Shown one piece after another: positions 9,105 to 17,170 of a stretch of 32,000 bases of DNA. Within the stretch, counting starts at the first letter, position 1. The number at the start of each line of letters is the position of its first letter. The notes under the pieces are model-generated. The model was not told where the DNA came from, did no database searches, and saw nothing but the letters and a program-made list of their open reading frames with translations. Made by a program: the position numbers and the translations under genes. The DNA is from Planctopirus limnophila DSM 3776 (GTDB taxonomy: Bacteria > Planctomycetota > Planctomycetia > Planctomycetales > Planctomycetaceae). The DNA is taken from assembly GCF_000092105.1 (NCBI RefSeq), contig NC_014148.1:2970001-3002000 (forward strand). The letters are read 5' to 3'.

Positions 9105-10514
9105 ATGCTCCCCTCTCCCGCAAGAGATTTGCCTCCAACAATCCGCCGACCTCGATTCGCCAAAATCACTTTCAGGGATTACACTCTGCGACATCTTGCC
9201 TGTGGCTCACGGAATCACTGGCATTTGAATCAGGAATTTCTCAAGACCATTTCTGAAGTGGATGGCATGGCTGCTGAATCACTTTCCACATTGTCTGCCG
9301 ATGAAGTGCGCCAGTGGTTTCATACGCAAGTGCCGCTGGAAGATTTTCGTGATCAGAAAGTCTTGCTGATTGTCCCGGATGCCACACGGACAGCCCCACT
9401 GCCCCTGCTGTTTGGAGCGTTATTCGATCGACTCCGGCCGGTGGTGCAGAATCTGGATGTGCTGATTGCCCTGGGAACTCATCCCCCGATGTCCGAGCAG
9501 CAGATCTGCAAGCTGTTGGGTATCGCACACGAAGAACGTGAAAAGCTTTTTTTCCAAACTCGATTTTTTAACCACGAGTGGGATAACCCCGACCGATTAA
9601 CCACCCTCGGTGTGCTGACATCACAGCAGACGGCTGAAATTACCGATGGCCGGCTCAGCCTCGATGTCCCCGTGCAAATCAATTCGCGAATTGATGATTA
9701 CGACGTACTGCTGGTGCTGGGCCCTGTCTTTCCCCACGAAGTTGTGGGATTTTCGGGTGGAAACAAATACTTTTTCCCTGGAATTGGCGGCCCGGATATT
9801 CTCAACTTTTTTCATTGGCTGGGGGCACTGATCACCAATGTGGGAATCATTGGTGTGAAAGATACTCCGGTTCGACGGGTGGTTGATCTTTCTGCCAGTA
9901 TGATCCACCAGAAGAGGCGAGCGATTAAATTTGTGGTCGCTGCCGATGCCAGCCTGTATGGGCTGTTTTATGGCACACCGGAATCAGCCTGGAGTGAGGC
10001 TTGTGCCATTTCTGGAAAAGCTCACATCAAACGATTTGATCGACCTTTCCACACGGTCCTTTCGTGCGCTCCCCCGATGTACGACGAACTCTGGGTCGCG
10101 GGCAAATGCATGTATAAAATGGAGCCCGTCGTGGCGGACGGTGGTGAATTGATCATCTACGCCCCGCACATGCATGAAGTCTCAGTGACACATGGCAAGC
10201 TGATTGAAGAAGTTGGCTACCATGTTCGCGATTATTTTGTGAAGCAGTGGGATCGATTCAAGCATTACCCATGGGGCATCCTGGCTCACTCGACCCATGT
10301 GCGTGGTACGGGAACATTTTCTGATGGTATTGAAAAGCCACGCGTGAAAGTCACACTGGCATCGGGAATTCCGGAAGAGATCTGTCATCGGATCAATCTG
10401 GGATACCGAGACCCGGCAACCATTGACATCGAATCATTTGCGAACCGCGAAGACGAAGGTGTGCTCCTCGTCCGAAAATCGGGCGAGCACTTGTACCGCC
10501 TCAACGAGGCCTGA
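9105..10514 (+). CDS. LarA-like (DUF2088) nickel-pincer-cofactor-dependent 2-hydroxyacid racemase/epimerase family protein
   Basis: VLLIVPDATRTAP corresponds to the LarA block IISSDHTRPVP. FPHEVVGFSGGNKYFFPGIGG corresponds to the LarA block HFFAGFSGGRKSVLPG, and the Lys (nt 9765-9767) aligns with the cofactor-tethering Lys. ATG at 9105 is the longest start, with an alternative ATG at 9267. Confidence 0.85.
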   Translation: MLPSPARDLPPTIRRPRFAKITFRDYTLRHLACGSRNHWHLNQEFLKTISEVDGMAAESLSTLSADEVRQWFHTQVPLEDFRDQKVLLIVPDATRTAPLPLLFGALFDRLRPVVQNLDVLIALGTHPPMSEQQICKLLGIAHEEREKLFFQTRFFNHEWDNPDRLTTLGVLTSQQTAEITDGRLSLDVPVQINSRIDDYDVLLVLGPVFPHEVVGFSGGNKYFFPGIGGPDILNFFHWLGALITNVGIIGVKDTPVRRVVDLSASMIHQKRRAIKFVVAADASLYGLFYGTPESAWSEACAISGKAHIKRFDRPFHTVLSCAPPMYDELWVAGKCMYKMEPVVADGGELIIYAPHMHEVSVTHGKLIEEVGYHVRDYFVKQWDRFKHYPWGILAHSTHVRGTGTFSDGIEKPRVKVTLASGIPEEICHRINLGYRDPATIDIESFANREDEGVLLVRKSGEHLYRLNEA

Positions 10515-10566
10515 GTTTTCCTCAGCTACCCAGTTCTTTCATCATCTGTTTATTGAAACTGCTTTT

Positions 10567-11379
10567 ATGGCCTATACCAACGCAGACTTGGCTTCACGAC
10601 TTGATTTTGCCCTGGCGGTTTACGCAGAAGCTCGCCAGCTGATTATGAGCTTCTACCAGCATTCTTCTCTCGAAGTGGAAGAGAAGACCGACTTTTCTCC
10701 CGTAACAGAAGCGGATCGCGGTGCAGAGAAGTTAATCCGTGAACGTCTCGATGTCGCCTTCCCTGAGGATGGTGTGCTGGGAGAAGAGTTCCCCGAAAAG
10801 CCCGGTCAATCAGCCTTTCGCTGGATCCTCGACCCGGTCGATGGAACCAAATCTTTTGTGCATGGGGTGCCGCTCTTTGGCACTTTAATTGGCCTGGAAG
10901 TCATTGAAGGCGAACATCGCCATTGCGTCATGGGTGTCTGCGGCTTTCCCGCATTGAATGAAGTCGTCTATGCCTCGGAAGGAAACGGCACTTACTGGAA
11001 AATTGGCGATCAGCCCCCGCGACGGGTGCATGTTTCGCAAGTCAGTACCATCGAAGAATGCACGTTCCTGACGACAAACATGCAGCGGTGGCAGAAGATC
11101 GGTAAGTGGGAGGCCTACACCGAGATCCTCGAACGCTGCAAACTTTCCCGCGGATGGGGAGATTGCTACGGCCACGTGCTCGTTGCCACCGGTCGAGCCG
11201 ATCTGATGGTCGATCCGGCTCTGAATCCCTGGGATGCCGCAGCTCTCGTGCCGATTCTCCAGGAGGCTGGTGGTCACTTTGTTGACTGGAAAGGTGTGCC
11301 CACAATCTACGGCAAGAACGGGATTTCGGTCACTGGCAAACTGAAAGACGAAGTTCTGCAGATTCTCAACAAGTCCTAA
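10567..11379 (+). CDS. inositol monophosphatase family protein (IMPase/HisN-type phosphatase)
   Basis: Motifs seen: SPVTEADRGAEKLIRERL, DGVLGEEF, WILDPVDGTKSF and NPWDAAA. The listed ORF starts at a TTG (10423) inside the preceding gene. The first ATG, at 10567, gives MAYTNADLASRLDFALA, a normal family N-terminus. Confidence 0.88.
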   Translation: MAYTNADLASRLDFALAVYAEARQLIMSFYQHSSLEVEEKTDFSPVTEADRGAEKLIRERLDVAFPEDGVLGEEFPEKPGQSAFRWILDPVDGTKSFVHGVPLFGTLIGLEVIEGEHRHCVMGVCGFPALNEVVYASEGNGTYWKIGDQPPRRVHVSQVSTIEECTFLTTNMQRWQKIGKWEAYTEILERCKLSRGWGDCYGHVLVATGRADLMVDPALNPWDAAALVPILQEAGGHFVDWKGVPTIYGKNGISVTGKLKDEVLQILNKS

Positions 11380-11801
11380 GAAACTCCGGCAACTCACCAC
11401 GTTTCTGCACTTGTTGATTGGTACGCCTCCCATTCAGCAGAATTGACCGGTGTCTTCAAAAGGGCAGCTTCGCCCAAAATAACAACTTCGGCATGACCAA
11501 CGCCGTCACCAGCTTGCCAGCTGGTTACTCGGGAACCGAACCAGATCTCTGTTCGAGTGACGCAATCCCCTTTACGAATACCACGTCGACTCCCGCTTTT
11601 GAGATCATCAGATATTGATGTATTACCGGGCAAAAGTGAAAGTCGGCCCTCTGTCTGAGAATAAATCTCTGCTGCACAGAAAATGTGATCAGCTCACAGG
11701 TTGTATTCAGTCCTCATCGCTGTATATTCGCTGAATCCGACGAGAATTCGTTCACGAAAGCTGTGCAAGGCCTCGCGCTGCGGTTATTGCCAGCAAAAGC
11801 T

Positions 11802-13073
11802 ATGAGACTGACAATGCCAACCTGCTTTGCCACTTCAGACTCTGAATCGTGCATTTCCCTCGCCAGGGACAAGACGCTAACTCACTTGACGAAAAGAACA
11901 TCGTCTCTGTGTCAGTTTTTGCGACTCTCGAAGCTTGTGGGGATTTTTCTGCTGGCCTTGATGAGCCTGACGACGCTGGGGTGCCAGTCACGTGTCGCGT
12001 CGACAGATGAGATCGTGATTGGCCATTTTGGCTCGATCACAGGTTCCGAAGCGACCTTTGGCATTTCAACGGATCGCGGGATTCAACTAGCGATTGAAGA
12101 AGTCAATGCCGCCGGCGGGGTGAACGGTAAGAAAGTTCGCCTCATCACTTACGATGACAAAGGCGATCCTCGCGAAGCCGGTTCGGCTGTGACAAGACTT
12201 GTCACGAGAGATCAGGTCACGGCAGTGCTGGGTGAAGTGGCTTCCGGACTTTCACTGGCCGCAGCCCCGATCTGCCAGGAAAACGGCGTTCCCATGATCT
12301 CCCCGTCTTCGACGAATCCTAAAGTCACACAAGTGGGAGACATGATTTACCGCGTCTGTTTCATCGATCCCTTCCAGGGATCGGTCTGTGCCAAGTTCGC
12401 CAGGGAAAACGAAAAGATTAAAGCCACAAAGGCTGCGATTCTTTGCGATCAGACAGCTCCCTACTCGGTAGGTTTGCAGGAAGAGTTCGAAAAAGCCTTT
12501 GTTGCCGGTGGAGGGACGATTGTTTCCAAGCAGGCCTATCAGGCGGGTGATCAGGATTTTTCAGCACAACTGACATCCATTCGAGCCAGTGAACCTGAGG
12601 TGATTTTCATCCCTGGTTACTACACCGATGTCGGGAATATCGCCCTGCAGGCTAAGAAGTTGGGACTCAAAGTCCCGATGCTGGGTGGAGATGGCTGGGA
12701 CTCCGCCAAGCTGGGGCAGATTGCCGGCGATGCATTAAATGGTTGTTACTATTCCAACCATTATTCGCATGAAGATCCCAGTCCCCGCGTGCAGAATTTC
12801 ATCAAGCTTTATCAGGGGAAGTATCAGGAGACACCTGATGGCCTGGCGGCCCTGGGTTATGATGCGGCTCGTATTCTTTTCAACGCGATGAAAACTGCAC
12901 CTTCTTTGAGCGGCAAGGACATTGCCGCCGAGTTGGCCAAGACGACGGGCTTTGAGGGTGTGACGGGTGTGATTTCGATGGATGCCAATCGTAACCCGGT
13001 CAAGCCAGCCGTCATTCTGGAAATGAAGGATGGAACCCCCCGATATGTCGCCACGATTGCTCCCGGCGAGTAA
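11802..13073 (+). CDS. ABC transporter substrate-binding protein, LivJ/LivK (branched-chain amino acid/amide) type, possibly lipid-anchored
   Basis: The mature part, IVIGHFGSITGSEATFGISTDRGIQLAIEEVNAAGGVNGKKVRLITYDDKGDP, is typical of type-I LIV-family binding proteins. The hydrophobic leader LVGIFLLALMSLTTLGC precedes it. The start is uncertain: GTG 11685, ATG 11802/11814, or TTG 11886. TTG 11886 would give a normal-length 33-aa signal peptide. Confidence 0.88.
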   Translation: MRLTMPTCFATSDSESCISLARDKTLTHLTKRTSSLCQFLRLSKLVGIFLLALMSLTTLGCQSRVASTDEIVIGHFGSITGSEATFGISTDRGIQLAIEEVNAAGGVNGKKVRLITYDDKGDPREAGSAVTRLVTRDQVTAVLGEVASGLSLAAAPICQENGVPMISPSSTNPKVTQVGDMIYRVCFIDPFQGSVCAKFARENEKIKATKAAILCDQTAPYSVGLQEEFEKAFVAGGGTIVSKQAYQAGDQDFSAQLTSIRASEPEVIFIPGYYTDVGNIALQAKKLGLKVPMLGGDGWDSAKLGQIAGDALNGCYYSNHYSHEDPSPRVQNFIKLYQGKYQETPDGLAALGYDAARILFNAMKTAPSLSGKDIAAELAKTTGFEGVTGVISMDANRNPVKPAVILEMKDGTPRYVATIAPGE

Positions 13074-13179
13074 CTCAAAAGCGACAGCCCACCCTGTGGA
13101 TTCCGCAGTGATACTTCAGTTAGATCAATGCCCCGGGTTCACAAAACGCCCTGGCGTTCCAAATTCTTGAAAAGGCTGA

Positions 13180-13207
13180 GTGGTGAAAGCATGGGGATGC
13201 TCACCAC
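13180..13207 (+). promoter_or_regulatory. intercistronic stem-loop between the binding-protein gene and the permease genes
   Basis: GTGGTGAAAGCAT-GGGG-ATGCTCACCAC forms 11 bp of pairing with a 2-nt AA bulge and a GGGG loop. It lies in the 186-nt gap between 13073 and 13260. Confidence 0.4.
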
Positions 13208-13259
13208 GAGGGATGATCAATACTCTCGAATTCTTCTGACTTCCTCGTAACAGAGTTCC

Positions 13260-14225
13260 ATGGCAGACTTTCTACAGACATTAATGACAGCCCTGGCGAT
13301 TGGCAGCTTGTATGCCCTGATCGCACTGGGCTACACCATGGTTTATGGTGTGCTTAAATTTATCAATTTTGCACACAGCGATATTGTGGTACTGGGCGCC
13401 TGGCTCAGTTATTCGTTTGCCATCCGGGCTCTCCCTCTGGTGGGATTGGATGCACACAATCCAACGACACCTCCCCCCATCTGGATGACCGCTGGAATTT
13501 TTGTGGCAGTTCTAGCGCTATGCAGCCTGGCTGGTTTTCTCATTGAGCGACTGGCCTATCGGCCCTTGCGTCGTGCCCCCCGGTTGAATGTGCTGATCAC
13601 AGCCATCGGAGTCTCTCTCTTGCTGCAGAACGTCGGGCAGCTCGACTTTGTGTTTGGGGCCAGCCCTCAGAAGATGCCCGCTTTGCTGCCCAACTGGGAA
13701 CTTCCAATCCCATTTGGACAAGGTGAATCGATTCGATATGTGGTCTTGCCGCTGATTGACTGCATCATCTTTGCCGTCTCTGGCCTTTTGATGCTGGCTC
13801 TGGAACTACTGATCTTTCGGACAAAATTTGGTACGGCACTGCGGGCCGTCTCGTTCAATACCGATTTTGCCGCGCTGATGGGGATTCCTGTGGATCGTGC
13901 CATCTCGCTGACTTTCATGCTGGGTTCGGCTCTCGCTGGAGCCGCTGGATTTCTCTACGTGCTGAAGTTCCCCAGTATGAACCAGCCGGCTCATAGTGTC
14001 TGGGTACTGCTGGGTCTGAAAGCGTTTGTGGCGGCTGTGGTCGGCGGGATTGGAAATGTTCGCGGAGCAGTCCTGGGTGGTTTTATCATTGCCTTCGTCG
14101 AACAGTTCGGGGCGTATTACATCTCGTCAAACTATCGCGATGTCTATGTCTTCTCTTTGTTGATCTTGATTCTGCTCATCAAGCCCACGGGGCTCCTGGG
14201 ATCACCCGTGCGGGAAAAAGTCTAA
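13260..14225 (+). CDS. livH: branched-chain amino acid ABC transporter permease (LivH type)
   Basis: ATG at 13260. The N-terminus LMTALAIGSLYALIALGYTMVYGVLKFINFAHSD is the LivH-family signature. The protein is polytopic and hydrophobic. The symbol is given at family level only. Confidence 0.93.
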   Translation: MADFLQTLMTALAIGSLYALIALGYTMVYGVLKFINFAHSDIVVLGAWLSYSFAIRALPLVGLDAHNPTTPPPIWMTAGIFVAVLALCSLAGFLIERLAYRPLRRAPRLNVLITAIGVSLLLQNVGQLDFVFGASPQKMPALLPNWELPIPFGQGESIRYVVLPLIDCIIFAVSGLLMLALELLIFRTKFGTALRAVSFNTDFAALMGIPVDRAISLTFMLGSALAGAAGFLYVLKFPSMNQPAHSVWVLLGLKAFVAAVVGGIGNVRGAVLGGFIIAFVEQFGAYYISSNYRDVYVFSLLILILLIKPTGLLGSPVREKV

Positions 14226-14226
14226 C

Positions 14227-15345
14227 ATGCCTGCATCCGATGTCTTTATCGATCCCACCTCGCGTGGTGTGAATATCCTCAAGAGTGCCGCTCCCATTCT
14301 TGTTGGGATCGCCCTTGCGATTGGGATTCAGTTTTTGCTTCCCTCGAGAGTCGGCCTCTACTATTCCCGACTCGTGATCGATGCTGGGATTGCCATGATT
14401 CTGGCCGTCTCTTTGAATATCGTGAACGGTATGACGGGACAGTTTTCGATTGGTCATGCAGGCTTCATGACGATCGGAGCTTACACGGCAGGATCCATCA
14501 CCTTCTACAGTTCACTCCTGATCTGGGGGACAGCCGCCAAGCACGGTTCTTTTTTAGGAAGTGGCGAATGGATGTTCGTCATCGCGTGCCTGTGCGGCGG
14601 AATCACAGCTTCGATTGCCGGATTTGTAGTTGGCCTTCCTTCGCTGCGACTGCGGGGAGATTACCTGGCAATTGTGACGCTTGGTTTCGGTGAGATTCTG
14701 CGCGTCGTGCTGCAACAGACAGGCAAAGTGGTGGATAACGCGGAAACGATCCGCAATGCCCCGTTGGCAACATTCGCCACAGTTCCTGTGGGTGGCGCGA
14801 TCGGGTTTGATGGTATCCCGAAATACACCATACTCTTCTGGGTCTATGCGTTTCTGGCAATCACAGTGATCTTTGCCTATCGCCTGAAGCGGTCCAGCTT
14901 TGGCCGTGCCATGCTTTCTGTCCGTGAGGATGAAATTGCGGCACAAGCCATGGGAATCAATACGTCGAGACAGAAGTTACTGGCGTTTGTTACGGCTGCA
15001 TTTTTTGCAGGTGTTGGCGGCGGGCTACTGGCTCACGAAAGTGGCGTGATCATTTCGCCCAAGGATGCCGGTTTTCAGCGATCCTTTGATTATGTGATCA
15101 TGACGGTGCTGGGTGGACGAGGATCAATCACGGGTGTGATGCTCGCGGCAATTCTCCTTTCAGCCTTACCCGAGGTTCTGCGCGATTTCGAGCGATATCG
15201 GATCATCATCTATGCCGCCCTCCTGATCTTCATGATGCTGAGTCGCCCGCAGGGGCTCTTTGGAATTCACGAGATCTGGGATTTCTTTCCTAAATCCTGG
15301 AAGACCCTGCCGTGGAAGAAAAGTCCGCGGGAGGAGGCCCAATGA
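14227..15345 (+). CDS. livM: branched-chain amino acid ABC transporter permease (LivM type)
   Basis: ATG at 14227 lies 1 nt after the livH stop (TAA 14223-14225). The GQFSIGHAGFMTIGAYTAG motif is present and the protein is polytopic. Confidence 0.93.
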   Translation: MPASDVFIDPTSRGVNILKSAAPILVGIALAIGIQFLLPSRVGLYYSRLVIDAGIAMILAVSLNIVNGMTGQFSIGHAGFMTIGAYTAGSITFYSSLLIWGTAAKHGSFLGSGEWMFVIACLCGGITASIAGFVVGLPSLRLRGDYLAIVTLGFGEILRVVLQQTGKVVDNAETIRNAPLATFATVPVGGAIGFDGIPKYTILFWVYAFLAITVIFAYRLKRSSFGRAMLSVREDEIAAQAMGINTSRQKLLAFVTAAFFAGVGGGLLAHESGVIISPKDAGFQRSFDYVIMTVLGGRGSITGVMLAAILLSALPEVLRDFERYRIIIYAALLIFMMLSRPQGLFGIHEIWDFFPKSWKTLPWKKSPREEAQ

Positions 15346-16157
15346 ACCAGGTTCTCGAACATCGATCCGCCGGTGCTGCTCAACAGACTTTGCTCGAAGT
15401 CAAAGATCTGGGGATTTCTTTTGGTGGTCTGAAGGCTGTTCAGAATTTCAATCTGACGTTACCCAGCGCCGGGCTCTATGGCCTCATTGGCCCTAACGGT
15501 GCTGGCAAGACCACCGTGTTCAATCTGCTCACGGGGATCTATCAGCCCCAGACAGGATCGTTATCGCTGAACGGGAAAAATCTGCTCGGTTGCAAACCGC
15601 ATGAGGTGACGGCCGCGGGGATTGCTCGAACATTTCAGAATATCCGCCTGTTCCCGAACCTGAGCATCCTCGACAACGTGCGGCTGGCTGGCCAGATTCG
15701 CATTCGCCCCAAGCTGTTATCAACGTTTTTGCGTACAAACGGCTATCGAGAGCAGGAAGCGGCTTTGAAAGCCCAGGCCATGGATCTGCTGGAGATCTTC
15801 GATCTTCAGGATCGCGCGGAAGATCTGGCACAGAACCTCAGTTATGGCCATCAGCGGCGGCTGGAAATCATTCGCGCATTAGCAACAAAACCTTCAGTAC
15901 TCTTACTGGATGAGCCTGCAGCCGGGCTGAATCCTCAGGAAAAACTGGCCCTGGCGCAGTCCATCCGGCAGATCCGCGATCGATTTGAAGTGGCGATTTT
16001 ATTGATCGAACACGACATGCAACTCGTGATGGATATCTGCGAGAGAATTGTGGTGCTCGATCATGGAGTCACGATCTGCGAAGGCACGCCACAAACTGTG
16101 CAAAACGATGAAAAGGTGATTGCAGCCTATCTGGGGGCGATTGCCGACGACGCTTAA
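15342..16157 (+). CDS. livG: ABC transporter ATP-binding protein (LivG type)
   Basis: Motifs seen: Walker A GPNGAGKTT, signature LSYGHQRRLEI, Walker B LLLDEPAAGLNP, and a C-terminal VIAAYLG tail. ATG 15342 overlaps the livM stop as ATGA and is preceded by GGGAGGAGG. The GTG at 15312 is rejected as the start. Confidence 0.93.
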   Translation: MNQVLEHRSAGAAQQTLLEVKDLGISFGGLKAVQNFNLTLPSAGLYGLIGPNGAGKTTVFNLLTGIYQPQTGSLSLNGKNLLGCKPHEVTAAGIARTFQNIRLFPNLSILDNVRLAGQIRIRPKLLSTFLRTNGYREQEAALKAQAMDLLEIFDLQDRAEDLAQNLSYGHQRRLEIIRALATKPSVLLLDEPAAGLNPQEKLALAQSIRQIRDRFEVAILLIEHDMQLVMDICERIVVLDHGVTICEGTPQTVQNDEKVIAAYLGAIADDA

Positions 16158-16206
16158 GCTCGCTCCTGCCGGGAATTCGAATTCGATCTATCGCGGAAAT
16201 GACCTT

Positions 16207-16920
16207 ATGGCTTTGCTGGAAATCGAGAATCTGTCGGTCTCGTATGGTTCGATACGGGCACTTCGCGGAATTTCACTCAAAGTCGAGCCAGGCGAGATCG
16301 TCACTTTGATTGGCGGGAATGGTGCCGGCAAATCCACCACGCTGCGGACCATCTCCGGGCTATTGTCTCCGCAGGAAGGCCAGATCCTGTTTGAAGGAAA
16401 GCCCATCGCCTACAAGTCGCCTCATTCGATTGCGGCCAATCGATTGATTCATGTCCCGGAAGGTCGTGGGATCTTTGCCAACTTGACAGTCGAAGAAAAT
16501 CTGCGGCTGGGCGCGTATTGCCGAAATGATGCAAATGAGATTCGCCAGGATTACGAACATGCCCTCGAATTGTTCCCGCGCGTCAAAGAGCGCTTGTGGC
16601 AACTGGCAGGAACATTATCTGGTGGCGAACAGCAGATGGTCGCCATTGCCAGAGCCCTGTTGGCGCGGCCCAAACTGCTGATGCTCGATGAACCATCACT
16701 GGGCTTGGCACCGCAGATTGTGCAACTGATTTTCCAGGTGATTCGTAAAATCAATGCGGGAGGGACGACGATCCTGCTGGTCGAGCAGAATGCCAACCTG
16801 GCACTGCAGGTGGCTCATCGAGCCTATGTGCTCGAGGTGGGCAAAATTGAAATGTCCGGGCCCGCTGCAGAGCTGGCGAATAGCGACGACATTCGCAAAG
16901 CCTACCTGGGCGGCCATTAG
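16207..16920 (+). CDS. livF: ABC transporter ATP-binding protein (LivF type)
   Basis: Motifs seen: MALLEIENLSVSYGSIRALRGISL, Walker A GGNGAGKST, signature LSGGEQQMVAIARAL, Walker B LLMLDEPSLGLAP, and C-terminal AYLGG. ATG 16207 is preferred over the TTG at 16120, which lies inside livG. Confidence 0.93.
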   Translation: MALLEIENLSVSYGSIRALRGISLKVEPGEIVTLIGGNGAGKSTTLRTISGLLSPQEGQILFEGKPIAYKSPHSIAANRLIHVPEGRGIFANLTVEENLRLGAYCRNDANEIRQDYEHALELFPRVKERLWQLAGTLSGGEQQMVAIARALLARPKLLMLDEPSLGLAPQIVQLIFQVIRKINAGGTTILLVEQNANLALQVAHRAYVLEVGKIEMSGPAAELANSDDIRKAYLGGH

Positions 16921-17066
16921 TTTGTCGTTTCCCGCCGAATTCGATTGATGCACAAGACTGAGAGACATCGTTTTCATGCGCATCTGTGGGAACACATTGG
17001 CTGTCACATGACATAGAATTCCCTTACACCTCTTCCAGAGCTCAATAAAGCGTTGTGGGCCGATAA

Positions 17067-17101
17067 AACATGCTTGCTCAGAGCCGCAAGCATGGCACAC
17101 A
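17067..17101 (+). repeat. 35-nt palindromic intergenic element, copy A (REP-like hairpin)
   Basis: The sequence is AACATGCTTGCtCAGAGCcGCAAGCATGGCACACA. A 9-bp stem, CATGCTTGC (17069-17077) / GCAAGCATG (17086-17094), encloses an 8-nt loop. It is 33/35 identical to 28481-28515 in the same orientation. Confidence 0.65.
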
Positions 17102-17170
17102 AAGAGCTGTTTGATCCTGGAGTCCGTATCATCATGCTGACTGCGAAGAAGACCCCTCAGGAGTTCAACC

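Noticed and set aside
10885-11433. A 182-aa ORF antisense to the IMPase-family gene.
   Set aside because: It is fully antisense to a motif-supported CDS and shows no family resemblance.
11394-11633. A 79-aa minus-strand ORF (and a 66-aa plus-strand ORF) in the 420-nt region upstream of the binding-protein gene.
   Set aside because: I recognise no family for either. The two are mutually exclusive, and no start context is evident. The region is more simply the promoter/leader of the transporter operon. A degraded gene remnant cannot be excluded without a database search.
17092-17110. A TGGCAC sequence (sigma-54 -24-like box) inside both copies of the palindromic element.
   Set aside because: The required TTGC -12 element at the correct spacing is absent in both copies (GAGC and CCTG instead).
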